From: a virus | Strand: one strand, 5' to 3' | Virus record (IMG/VR): IMGVR_UViG_3300025127_000012 | DNA: 64,000 bases | In this document: in pieces, positions 47,301 to 55,326 of the stretch | Position numbering within the stretch: position 1 is the first letter of the stretch | Layout of the letters: every line of letters starts with the position of its first letter | Translations under genes and position numbers: made by a program | The notes under the pieces: model-generated | Told to the model about the DNA's origin: nothing | What the model saw: the letters and a program-made list of their open reading frames with translations, nothing else | Databases searched by the model: none

Positions 47301-48752
47301 AATTACCTCTCCATCATTTATAGTCTGTGAACTTGCAAAGTTAATTGCAGTAAACATCTGTATATCAAATAAGAACAAGTTATATCTTGTTCCATCAGTT
47401 TCTAGTTGTAAGACTCTTGCCTTACCAATTTTATTTCCTTGTGCAGCATTAGAAGGACCAGTTCCTAACCAGTTGTCTCTAAGATCAACAACCTGATAAC
47501 AGTTAGTAACACCTTCTCCTGCAATACTTGGCCACCCCCAAATGTCATATACTTCCACTGACTGTGATAAGTCAATAGGAATGATTTGGTTCTGACGTCC
47601 TATAAATGTCCTTGGTTTAGGAGCATCAACATATGTAGATGCAAGTAATTGAGTTCTATAACCTTTTACATATGCTTTACCAGGTCCTACTTCTAGTGCA
47701 GCAAAGTTCTCACTAGCAACCTGATCATCAGGTGATGAAGTTCCTGGAAGATACACACCATTGTTAAACTGATCGTTTAAGTGTTCTCTTGCACGAACCT
47801 CGAATGAGTTAACAACATAGTCACCATGTGTTTCAAATGTACGACGAGCAATAGATTTCTCAATCTCGTTGTATGATGTTGTGTCAACAAAGTTTTCAAC
47901 AGTAGAATTTCTGATACGAAGAAGTTCAATGAAGTTCTTATCTGTATCATCATTAATAGGTTTCTTAACTAACTGTGTTTTAATTCTAAATCTATGTGCA
48001 CCAGGGGCAGAATAGTTAGACGAACCAATAGCATTATCTGTTAATGATGGATCATCTTCTGGCGTGATGATAGATTCTGAGATATCAAAACCAACTCTGT
48101 ATGATGGGTTATTATCATACTGTTCTAATATAATGTATTCAGTAGGAACATCTACAAAGTGTCCTCTTATAAAATATACGCCCTCACTTATATAAGCAGC
48201 AGATCCAATGTCAGTAGAATTTACTGGAAGTAACTGTGCAAATGGTGATCCAACTTCGATCAAACTGTTACCAAAAGTTATCTCATTTTCACATATCAAC
48301 TGTTCGTTATTACCAAACTTCTTTGTAGTAGCGTCAGATGTTGTGTCTCCTGACTCAACATACTTAATATAGAATGTGATATATCCTCTTGTACTTGTTG
48401 TTGCTGGAATAGAGAAAAGAACCTTTGCCTTGATGCCAGTGGTAAGACCCTCTACAATTTTTCCATTTAACTGTGTACGATATGTCTCTACGTCTACTCC
48501 TAAGAATGACTGCTGGATTATTAAACAATCTACGTTAAGGTCATATCCAACTTGACCTGGGATAACCATTGCACCTTCCTTGAAGAGGTGTGATCCCATT
48601 GCTTCCACTTGGTTCTGCAAAATAGATTGCATAGTGGTAAGTTCTCTCGCTTGGATTGGGAATCCTGGTCGAAAGAGAACTCTGTAAAAGTTTTTGTCCT
48701 TATCAAAGTCATCAAAATAAGGAGCTATATTCAGATTGGTATTCTGTGGCAT
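41307..48752 (-). CDS. VrlC/DUF4815-like large virion structural protein (2481 aa)
   Basis: NIAPYFDDFD..KNFYRVLFRPG.PIQARELT, APGAHR, EYYTSLSLLE, KNGFMVDDF, DPLAQSF, SQNASTWT. Confidence 0.9.
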   Translation of the reverse strand: MPQNTNLNIAPYFDDFDKDKNFYRVLFRPGFPIQARELTTMQSILQNQVEAMGSHLFKEGAMVIPGQVGYDLNVDCLIIQQSFLGVDVETYRTQLNGKIVEGLTTGIKAKVLFSIPATTSTRGYITFYIKYVESGDTTSDATTKKFGNNEQLICENEITFGNSLIEVGSPFAQLLPVNSTDIGSAAYISEGVYFIRGHFVDVPTEYIILEQYDNNPSYRVGFDISESIITPEDDPSLTDNAIGSSNYSAPGAHRFRIKTQLVKKPINDDTDKNFIELLRIRNSTVENFVDTTSYNEIEKSIARRTFETHGDYVVNSFEVRAREHLNDQFNNGVYLPGTSSPDDQVASENFAALEVGPGKAYVKGYRTQLLASTYVDAPKPRTFIGRQNQIIPIDLSQSVEVYDIWGWPSIAGEGVTNCYQVVDLRDNWLGTGPSNAAQGNKIGKARVLQLETDGTRYNLFLFDIQMFTAINFASSQTINDGEVIIGRSSGARGYVYEASGDSAVVHQVSGEFQIGEVLERDGRVLDTCSAVFNYEQSDVRQVVGYEDPSTSATVTFTASLALNESISLIGKTVTVDQASSTKTISGFDTAFSADIRPGEVISPVATTNKGQTSLRVKRIDSTSIAFTSANRKSSGLTPVFDFGLQTAVLDSSLTKGSITDAEYPAIQFTRLRPIFTQKNVRDGELVIDMPKKAIKSIADESFTSIKTFYNKQLSSGDVTFTLPENEQFTTLDNENYNLTIVTGSNSNTGYGWSPGTNLDIENESTKQSPTISVSFGANRQSLQITGINNGSGGSANITRVTLTAAVSVNTVSKKIKTAAKMRTMKVIRTREQNDVMNYGLAFGNLYGTRIEDEEISFALNDVYKVHAVYESTDDNDAQVPYVVLTENVFFDNGSVVVGRTSGARARVVSFNSNNNRLYVVPLSSDYFGTGETIDGFDADLNALVGVTEDGDGAIERGSRDISGNFDLDSNQTPFMYGVSKIVRKAGTSEPKRKLAVVFDYFIHEPSGDYFSNQSYSGISFSEIPKYRSERNSKYLTDGIDFRPGVGELASGSGTVEQPYFTNCKSLDFDSRIFTSTGGAGGSTIFNIPKVEEFFRADYDYYLPRQDKLFMTHDGDLKLSMGVPNEDPPEADNIDKAMLLAKIQYEPYVYDVEEDILITLNQQRRYTMEDIGNMDRRLQSLEYYTSLSLLEADARNTRAFDSDGFDRLKNGFMVDDFTDHSTSAVENIDFKCSMDFNNGILRPSHYTSNISLEFSGSASSNITDHNTRSLRSGKTGANVLTLPYEEEAIIIQPYASRMENVNPFNVFTFIGRIDLLPASDDWTDTRRAPTRVTSIEGNFTATRRRFRTNNAGFAPIQWNAWRTNWTGTRRSETRRWRETTFARGTPRRVLAGETITTTRRQVRSGTRIRVVPRIDRRSLGDSIIDSTFIPWIRSRNVAFDVERVKPKTRMYGFFDGDNVMNYITPKLIELVKNSSEDPKTNETPFVIGETVIGLNSGCRLKVVAPNNGLTTNPYTATNDSLPDSYASQTAVLNIDTTEIARQTRGDSYGNIAVGEVLLGQTSGARAVVKDRRLISDLLGIVKGTFFIPNPRRDANPRWATGSRTMRLTSSEQDSRLPGAVDSAAEAEYTARGTLNTLQENVLAVRNASIVRDTVNDRRTVRSVRTNTRQVGWWDPLAQSFLLEAQGGMFVTGVDIYFATKDQKIPISMQIRPMENGYPTKDILPFSDCTLIPSQVEISENASIATKFEFPAPVYIPESEEHCFVLFSDSNEYKVWISRMGDIDITGTRTISEQPYAGVLFKSQNASTWTADQYEDLKFNLYRAKFNTSVTGSAVFNNASLGAGNDGLASLVNNPITTIQPQQNITLATGVTYAFTVGARVIQSPSNAQGTVKEFDSTSDPQVLTVTDISGTFVQGIVDNSGNITNAMKSSQSSATIVLSAISNGVFEVGDVITGSSSGATATVTAYDTGTSTITANYVSKAFDVGNDTLSEPGGVSGTISSASYSGDSYTGYPVSQPTVRAGDKKIIVYQPNHGMHNRANNVELKNVVSEIPATTLTSNLSSTATTLSVNDAGSFHKVVNGKPISTTNPGYVMLVGESSDNLALDPPSPPGGDDDATEAWRSIMHVVSAKEIIAYSAISDNGKEITVAPSGRGITSAVMNTGAALTWPSETTVRCYNLDGVPLTEINKVHTAIGDPTLDTYSLSTQSVASVGIATGGSNVSASQNIPFELITPTIQVLNFKETDIAPTLNTTSGTSIGTGGQVVDQASFVNNGQYDEIQLNEENYYDNPRIICSNINEANKLEGSKSLTMRINMMTEKDNLTPVIDLDRVSVITTSNRINKWPGGPQVLGIQSEIDTTGDVSLLAGGDQNEAIYLTKIAKLANISRSIRLMISMQRYGDSTIDIYYRIQKAGSDKPMNEVGFVKIPVPDVGSTNVGEEEWEDFEYTVEGQEFQAFQIKIVMKAMNQAKVPLIKDLRAIAFAS

Positions 48753-48753
48753 C

Positions 48754-50289
48754 TTAGAACTCGATTACGATTTTAATATCTTCAATTTGGTCACCAGCAC
48801 GAGAGATTGCTCCTCTGTTATCTATGTAGATAATCTCTCCTGAGTTAGGATCGATCTCTGGTTTCGCATAACCATTAGTAAAGGACATACCTAAGTCATA
48901 TTCAGTGTTGTTGATGACTCGGGTCGAGATACCAGATACAACTGGGAAGTTGATATCAGGATCAGCGGATGTACCAGAAGTAGCACCTGTGACAGGGTTA
49001 CCTCCTTCAAATTCTGTTAGGTTACCAGTAATTTCTGGGAACACACCATCAATTCTGTTTTGATAATACTTCAAAACTTTTGTTGTGGTATTCCATGATA
49101 TAACACGACCTCTTGCAGTTACCTGTTGTCCACCTACGGTTCTTGACTGTGTAATAATCTCATCAGTTGAGAACGTACCTGTGAAGGTAGGTGAGAAGAT
49201 AACAGCACGAGTAGCAGACAACGTAATAGCAGATGTCAGTTCTGTCGTACCATACTGGTTTGGGTTTATAACAAGACCGATACGACGATAGTCGTTATCA
49301 GTTGGGAAGTCACCTGATCCTTCATCATAAGTGAACTTCGTGTTGATCATAACTCTGTAACCACCAAGTTCTTTGGTAGGATCAGAACCATGACCTAATT
49401 CTGGGGGAATGATAACGTCAATAGCAGCACCAGTACCTGTACCAGCACCAATACCATTAACCTCATCAATGATGATTTTACCGAAGGTGTAACCAGAACC
49501 ACCAGATGTCACAGTAGCGGATACAACCTTACCACCGTCAACAACAAGTGAAACTCTACCACCAACTCCATCACCTTTTATTGGTACGTTTTCATATGTA
49601 CCATTGTTGTAACCTGTACCAGATGCTTGGATAACAACAGTATCAATCTCTCCTCCAACAGCATCACCTGTAACAGCAACGTCTGCAAGCACAGGCATGT
49701 AGTCATTCGAGAAGAATTTTAAGACCTGACCAACAGGGATCGTATACAGATACTTCCAACGATAACCATCGGAAGTCGTAATAATAGATGTAGAGGTGCC
49801 AGTTGGCTCAACAGTAGAAGGTTTACCGTTAGGATCACTAGGACTTGTACCATTGTAAATGCACTTATAGACCTGATACTGCGAGTTAACAACGTAAAAA
49901 TCTGCGTCATATAACTTAGTCGCACCACTGGATGCGGTCTTAGTGGAACTATAATCATGACGATACATGTCATAAACATAACCAAGTCCACCAGTAGTCT
50001 GCTCTGGGGGAGTCCAGTCAATTCGTCTTACCACTTGAATCGTGTCATTTGCTAGTACACGTTTCAGTGAAATCATGTCTGAGAATGTATCACTAAACTC
50101 TTGGAAAGAATCAACGGGAGTCGGAGGTGCGTTTTCATTATCCCACTCTTGTGGACGTCCTATGAAAACATACAAACGATCTCTGTTGGATCCTGCTTGC
50201 AAGTCAGATTGAGTCGCATCAGCACCCTCCAAAGATTTTATGAATCTTTTAGCAGTGAAAATTCTAAATTGGTCGGTTAGGAGTGCCAT
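48754..50289 (-). CDS. g8: Baseplate wedge protein gp8
   Basis: LYVFIGRPQEW, FYVVNSQYQVYKCIYNG, DGYRWKYLYTI, SGEIIYIDNR..I.R..DQ.EDIKIVIEF. Confidence 0.92.
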   Translation of the reverse strand: MALLTDQFRIFTAKRFIKSLEGADATQSDLQAGSNRDRLYVFIGRPQEWDNENAPPTPVDSFQEFSDTFSDMISLKRVLANDTIQVVRRIDWTPPEQTTGGLGYVYDMYRHDYSSTKTASSGATKLYDADFYVVNSQYQVYKCIYNGTSPSDPNGKPSTVEPTGTSTSIITTSDGYRWKYLYTIPVGQVLKFFSNDYMPVLADVAVTGDAVGGEIDTVVIQASGTGYNNGTYENVPIKGDGVGGRVSLVVDGGKVVSATVTSGGSGYTFGKIIIDEVNGIGAGTGTGAAIDVIIPPELGHGSDPTKELGGYRVMINTKFTYDEGSGDFPTDNDYRRIGLVINPNQYGTTELTSAITLSATRAVIFSPTFTGTFSTDEIITQSRTVGGQQVTARGRVISWNTTTKVLKYYQNRIDGVFPEITGNLTEFEGGNPVTGATSGTSADPDINFPVVSGISTRVINNTEYDLGMSFTNGYAKPEIDPNSGEIIYIDNRGAISRAGDQIEDIKIVIEF

Positions 50290-50309
50290 TGTTTAGTTTA
50301 CCTTCCTTT

Positions 50310-50317
50310 TATTTATA
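50310..50317 (-). promoter_or_regulatory. T4-type late promoter (g8)
   Basis: TATAAATA. Confidence 0.8.
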
Positions 50318-50321
50318 GTGG

Positions 50322-52205
50322 TTACTCTTGCTCTTTTCTGACAAGGTTAGTATATTCTTGTGATACAAACACACCGTTGGCACCCGAACTGCCTCCGTTT
50401 AGTGTATCAGAAGTTGTAAATTTGTAATTTGATACGTTGTTGGTTATGGTTTGTACCTTTAAAAATACATATCCAAACTCATCAACAGCAGATTGTGCCT
50501 CTGCTACGATAGCAGTAACACCAGTTGTTGAACCAGTTACTGTCTCACCAACAGTGAATGTATTTTGAACATTTCTCAACTTAATAGTTGATAGAGAAGT
50601 ATGCTCAATACCATCATCTAATGCTCCTGCTTGCTGCACAGATGCAGTTAGTGGAACTAAACTTGAATCATATAATTGGTCTGCTTGCTGGAACAGTGTA
50701 GTGTTCTGTCCACCAACAGTTTCCTCAATACCATATAGTGATGATGCTATACCACCATCAAGACTGATTTCATTCTCATAATCTGTACCAGTATTTACTA
50801 GGTCAGGTATTCCATCACCAGCACCTTGTAATTCATCATCATCTTCAAATCTCTTTCCTTCTAATACACCAAGAGGACTCTCGAATGTAACAATAGAAGA
50901 TGTCTCATCATCAATAAGGACGTGTGGTGCCTCTCCTGTCTCAGTAGATGATGCAGTACCACCAATAAATTGAATAACAGCAGTTCTTTCATTAGATCTA
51001 CCACCATCAATAAATGCTAGTTCATCAACTTGGAAGATTAAGAATAGTTCTCTTGTCTCTGGACGCCAGTCATATACGATAGCAACCTTATTAGTTTTAT
51101 CTTCCTGTACTCTTCTGACTCTATCAGATACAGTAAACTGATAACCAGATATACCAGTTGTAGGATCATCAGCGAGACCGTCCAGCAACACACGCTGGTC
51201 ATATCGGAAGTTAATACCTCTATCACAACCAGTAAATGATATAGGAGTTTTACCTGTATATCTGACAATCTCTCTACCTATTTGGAACTTACCAGATCCA
51301 GGGAAAGCATCAGTTGTCTCAACATATATTGTGCTATCAGTCGCAGTTGCATTACGAATCAATGCAGTTATCTCAAAGAATGCAGATACTAATGATGTTC
51401 TATTTCTCTGAGTTCTAATTAAGTTTGTATCTCTTGTAAAGATTACACTAGGAGGAGAAGTATATCCACCACCAGGGTTCAATATATTAATTGCAGTAAT
51501 TTTACCAAGATTTATTTCTGCCTCTGCCTGAGCACCAGATCCACCACCACCAATAAGTTGGATAAGAGGAGGAGTCTCAAAGAACTCACCAGGGTTTGAT
51601 ACTGTTATACTCTCAACTGTACCGAATTGATTTACTTCACAAACACCAGTAGCATTTTGTCCACCACCACCAGATATAACCAGAGTAATATCTTCCGCTG
51701 TGTATGATCTACCATTGTTCTCAACAGATAAACCTGTTACCTGTCCAACAGTAGGTACAAGTTCAGCACCAGATCCACCACCACCTTCTAGTCTTGCACT
51801 AGCACTAAAATAACCATCACCAGGTCTAGTAACTTGGATATAGTTTATAGAACCAGCAGGAGCAATTATGTTACCCTGTTGATCTACAATATCACTTTCA
51901 TTCAATATAATATTTGCATCTGCCTGTACGATATTACTTTCGTCAGATTCAATAAGAAGACGTAGTGGGTTATATCCCTCACCAGGGTCTATAACATCTA
52001 CTGATAATATTTCACCATTATCAGCAATATTCGCTGCTAGTACAGCATCACGAATAGGGGTACCACAATTACCAATAGTTAATTTAGGAGGATCCGCAGC
52101 ACTATAACCTGACCCAGGTGCAGTCACAATAACATCCTTCACACCGTATACACTATTGAATACAGGTTGAATTGATGCTCCGCTTCCAGGTACAGTTCTT
52201 GTCAT
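50322..52205 (-). CDS. Baseplate-associated structural protein (627 aa) with V..PG.GY...P repeats
   Basis: Repeated I.V..PG.GY..PP...GGGG.GA modules of the kind seen in cyanophage baseplate proteins. Confidence 0.75.
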   Translation of the reverse strand: MTRTVPGSGASIQPVFNSVYGVKDVIVTAPGSGYSAADPPKLTIGNCGTPIRDAVLAANIADNGEILSVDVIDPGEGYNPLRLLIESDESNIVQADANIILNESDIVDQQGNIIAPAGSINYIQVTRPGDGYFSASARLEGGGGSGAELVPTVGQVTGLSVENNGRSYTAEDITLVISGGGGQNATGVCEVNQFGTVESITVSNPGEFFETPPLIQLIGGGGSGAQAEAEINLGKITAINILNPGGGYTSPPSVIFTRDTNLIRTQRNRTSLVSAFFEITALIRNATATDSTIYVETTDAFPGSGKFQIGREIVRYTGKTPISFTGCDRGINFRYDQRVLLDGLADDPTTGISGYQFTVSDRVRRVQEDKTNKVAIVYDWRPETRELFLIFQVDELAFIDGGRSNERTAVIQFIGGTASSTETGEAPHVLIDDETSSIVTFESPLGVLEGKRFEDDDELQGAGDGIPDLVNTGTDYENEISLDGGIASSLYGIEETVGGQNTTLFQQADQLYDSSLVPLTASVQQAGALDDGIEHTSLSTIKLRNVQNTFTVGETVTGSTTGVTAIVAEAQSAVDEFGYVFLKVQTITNNVSNYKFTTSDTLNGGSSGANGVFVSQEYTNLVRKEQE

Positions 52206-53692
52206 TATACTACTACTATGTCTCCTTTCATATTACCGTGTATAGTGCACTGATAAACATACGTTGTACCAGCAGCAAGTGTTTGTGGGACTGTCCAGAA
52301 CTGAACACCATTCACTGAACCACTGACATTAGAAACAGATGAACCACCATCAGATACCCTGATTGCTAGTGGGTGTCCACTTCCAGTTACATTATCAAAT
52401 CTGTATGTAAATCCTCTGTACACATAGATTGTAGTATCATTACCATTAGATATTCCAGGACCATTAACGATATAATAGTTTGAGTTGCCATCTGATGTAA
52501 ATGCATATGACACTGTTGGTGATGCAACTGCCTCATATGAACTTGTACCATATAGAAGTGACTGTCCTTCACTTGCACTGGGAAGAGCAACTGTATTTGT
52601 GATTGTAAGAGTATTACCTGACACAGCAGTTGAAACACCAGTACCACCAGCAATAGTTACAGAAGAATCAGAAGCAGCAGCAGTATAACTACCACTATCA
52701 CCTGATATTGCTTGCAATACATTCTGTACTACGTTAGGTGAATCATTTGTTATGGTGATAGCACCAGCATTTGCATTTGTGGTAATTCCTGTTCCACCAG
52801 TAAATGTTAATGTATCAGTTGTAGTGTTTGCTGTGATAGTTGCGTTGTCAGCACCTAGCGTTGCAAATATGTTTTGATCAGGTGCACCTAGTGAACCTGT
52901 CATGTTGATGGTTAATGTATCTCCTGTAAGTGAAGTTGCAATATTTGTACCACCAGCAATAATTAAAGTGTCGTTTGCAGCAGATGCAGTTGTTGTTCCT
53001 GTGTCTGCGTTAACAGTTTCAAATAAGTTTTGTGTGGTTCCACCACCTCCACCACCAGATTGCTGGTCGTTTGCTGGTTCCCACTTACTATTAGAGTCGT
53101 TCCATTTTAGAACTTGTCCATCAGAAGGACCACCGTTGACAGTTGTATCTACATCAGTAAGTGCAGATATACCATCGTTATAGTCCATCAACTTAACCCA
53201 TGCAGCAGCATGAGCGAAGTAACCTTTACCTGTGCCATGTACATGTGCAAACATACCATGCTGGTCTGTTGCACTAGGAAGATCTCCTTCTGTTGCATAT
53301 GGAGCATACCACGTTAGATAACCTGTTGTGCCATCTATTCGTGTATAAGCTGACCCAGAACCGCCTGCTCTAAGATTAATATGCCCAGTTCCTGTTTGAT
53401 GTATTGTAATAGCATCAGTTCCGTCAGAAACAATATCATTACCATTAGTGTCTAAATTACTGCTTAGTAAATTATAATCTGAACCACGGAAAGCAGGAGT
53501 CGGAGATGAAGTCCATTTAAGAACTTGCCCCTCAGTTATTCCCCCAGCGATGTCTATGAGAACATTTGTACTATCCCCTAGTTTATCGTAAATTTCTGTG
53601 AAATTAGCATTTGCCTTGATAGCACCATCACGCAGGGTGTCACCTGTGCCATCATTTGCAGAAGATCCAATCCCAATCGTTTGTTTTGCCAT
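52205..53692 (-). CDS. gp9/gp10-like baseplate appendage with C-terminal cupredoxin domain
   Basis: N-terminal KQTIGIGSSANDGTGDTLRDG..K.N.NF.EIY; C-terminal GHP...YQCTIHGNM.G.I.V; CATAAATA upstream (53715-53722). Confidence 0.8.
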   Translation of the reverse strand: MAKQTIGIGSSANDGTGDTLRDGAIKANANFTEIYDKLGDSTNVLIDIAGGITEGQVLKWTSSPTPAFRGSDYNLLSSNLDTNGNDIVSDGTDAITIHQTGTGHINLRAGGSGSAYTRIDGTTGYLTWYAPYATEGDLPSATDQHGMFAHVHGTGKGYFAHAAAWVKLMDYNDGISALTDVDTTVNGGPSDGQVLKWNDSNSKWEPANDQQSGGGGGGTTQNLFETVNADTGTTTASAANDTLIIAGGTNIATSLTGDTLTINMTGSLGAPDQNIFATLGADNATITANTTTDTLTFTGGTGITTNANAGAITITNDSPNVVQNVLQAISGDSGSYTAAASDSSVTIAGGTGVSTAVSGNTLTITNTVALPSASEGQSLLYGTSSYEAVASPTVSYAFTSDGNSNYYIVNGPGISNGNDTTIYVYRGFTYRFDNVTGSGHPLAIRVSDGGSSVSNVSGSVNGVQFWTVPQTLAAGTTYVYQCTIHGNMKGDIVVV

Positions 53693-53717
53693 CTTTTTAC
53701 AGTTTGTACAGTTTTAT

Positions 53718-55319
53718 TTATGTGGCGTCGAAGGAAACTTGTGTGCTATCCAACTTCACGTTAGTTGATGAGAAGTCCTCAGCAGTTCCACCGCCAACAC
53801 CAGTAACAGTTAATGTAGCGATTTCAGTTGTTAATGGTGAGTTTGTTGCTGGTGTTTGTCCAATAGGTCCTGCAATCACACAACGGAATTTGTATCCTGT
53901 CATGTATGATAATGCAGTGAATGAATATGAATTGCTTGTTGCACCAGTAACAACAGCAAAAGAGAATCCACCGTCTGTTGATCTAAACCACTGATAAGAC
54001 TTGGGACCATCTTCGGGTGATATAGCAGCAGTAACAACGAATGTGACTGTGTTTCCAGCAGCAGCAGTTGCGTTTGCTGGTTGTGCACCAATCTGAATAG
54101 TAGCAGGAGGTGCTTCTCCTCCTCCTGATGGAGGTGGTGGGGGTGCCTGTGCTCCGTTGTTAGGTGGTTGATCTATTGATTCCCTACATGTGAAACCCAT
54201 CAAGTATGGGAATATTGCTTTCAAATTTGACTCACTATCTAACTCAGTAGATAAGAAATATGCATATGTTCCATTTGGATATTCTGGTGTTACACAGAAT
54301 CTACCATTGTGATAATCTAATACACCAAGACCCTCTGCATACTCCCAGTCTTGCATCAGAGCACCAGCAGGAGGATTAAGTTGGGTAGTACCATAGGTAG
54401 GTCTGCCTGCAACCTCTTCTGCTTTTACTCTATAAGAACTTGTTGCTAATGATATACCAGAAAGATTATTCCAAGGAGTTGTGTAGAAATAAGGTCCATA
54501 GATAGGGAATCCATCAAATGCTATTCCAACCATCTTTGAGTGCCCATCTGGGTGCCTTAGATTGTCACCATTATACTGTGATGAACCATAGTAATCATTG
54601 TATGTTGACATGACAGCATTTGATTTCCAGCATGCCAAGAAGTCAGTGTCATGGTAATGATATTGTCCTGTCTGTTCTGGGTGTCCACCACAATTATCAT
54701 CTCCAAAACTTACCACAGCATCTTCAAAGTGTGCATTCCAATTAAATCCTGCTGGGGGATTACCTCCATCACCAGCACTAGGATTAAAGAATACTACACC
54801 ATTAGATGCTATACCAATAGCACCAAGAGGTGTTGCAACACGAGCATTTCTTTGATCGTAATACTCTACTGTACCATTTTGATCAGAAGCAAAGTCTACA
54901 ATAAGTTGTAAATTATTACTTGTCTCTCTCCAAAACTCCCCAGCAATAGCGGTCTGAGTTGTCCCCCTGTATATGAATACTTGTTTACGTTCGTTAGCAG
55001 TGTCCTTATCGAATACAAATAGAATCCTATCACCAACTCTAATCTGTCCACTAGATTCTGTTCCGAGCAGCGTATTGTCGTTAGCCGAGAGTGGTAATGA
55101 TACTAGGTATCCATTCTGTGTGTATGTTGCAGTATCAAACGTTCTTGTAACACCAAATGTACCACCTCTAAAATAAAAGTCATGGTCAAAGTCTTGCTCA
55201 GTTACAGAACTAGGATTATTCGCATTAGGAAACGTACCATAGAGTACAGGGTTTGGTAAACCATCTGCTGATACATCTATGATTCGTGTTGCTGGATTGT
55301 AGGTTGCGGTCCCTGCCAT
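53718..55319 (-). CDS. YHYH-domain protein with C-terminal Ig-like domain
   Basis: GAIGIASNGV.FF, D.CGGHP...GQYHYH, G.AFDGFPIYG, LD.HNGRF..TPEYP.GTYAYF; YQWFRS...YKFRCV; AATAAATA upstream (55324-55331). Confidence 0.85.
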   Translation of the reverse strand: MAGTATYNPATRIIDVSADGLPNPVLYGTFPNANNPSSVTEQDFDHDFYFRGGTFGVTRTFDTATYTQNGYLVSLPLSANDNTLLGTESSGQIRVGDRILFVFDKDTANERKQVFIYRGTTQTAIAGEFWRETSNNLQLIVDFASDQNGTVEYYDQRNARVATPLGAIGIASNGVVFFNPSAGDGGNPPAGFNWNAHFEDAVVSFGDDNCGGHPEQTGQYHYHDTDFLACWKSNAVMSTYNDYYGSSQYNGDNLRHPDGHSKMVGIAFDGFPIYGPYFYTTPWNNLSGISLATSSYRVKAEEVAGRPTYGTTQLNPPAGALMQDWEYAEGLGVLDYHNGRFCVTPEYPNGTYAYFLSTELDSESNLKAIFPYLMGFTCRESIDQPPNNGAQAPPPPPSGGGEAPPATIQIGAQPANATAAAGNTVTFVVTAAISPEDGPKSYQWFRSTDGGFSFAVVTGATSNSYSFTALSYMTGYKFRCVIAGPIGQTPATNSPLTTEIATLTVTGVGGGTAEDFSSTNVKLDSTQVSFDAT

Positions 55320-55326
55320 GATTTAT

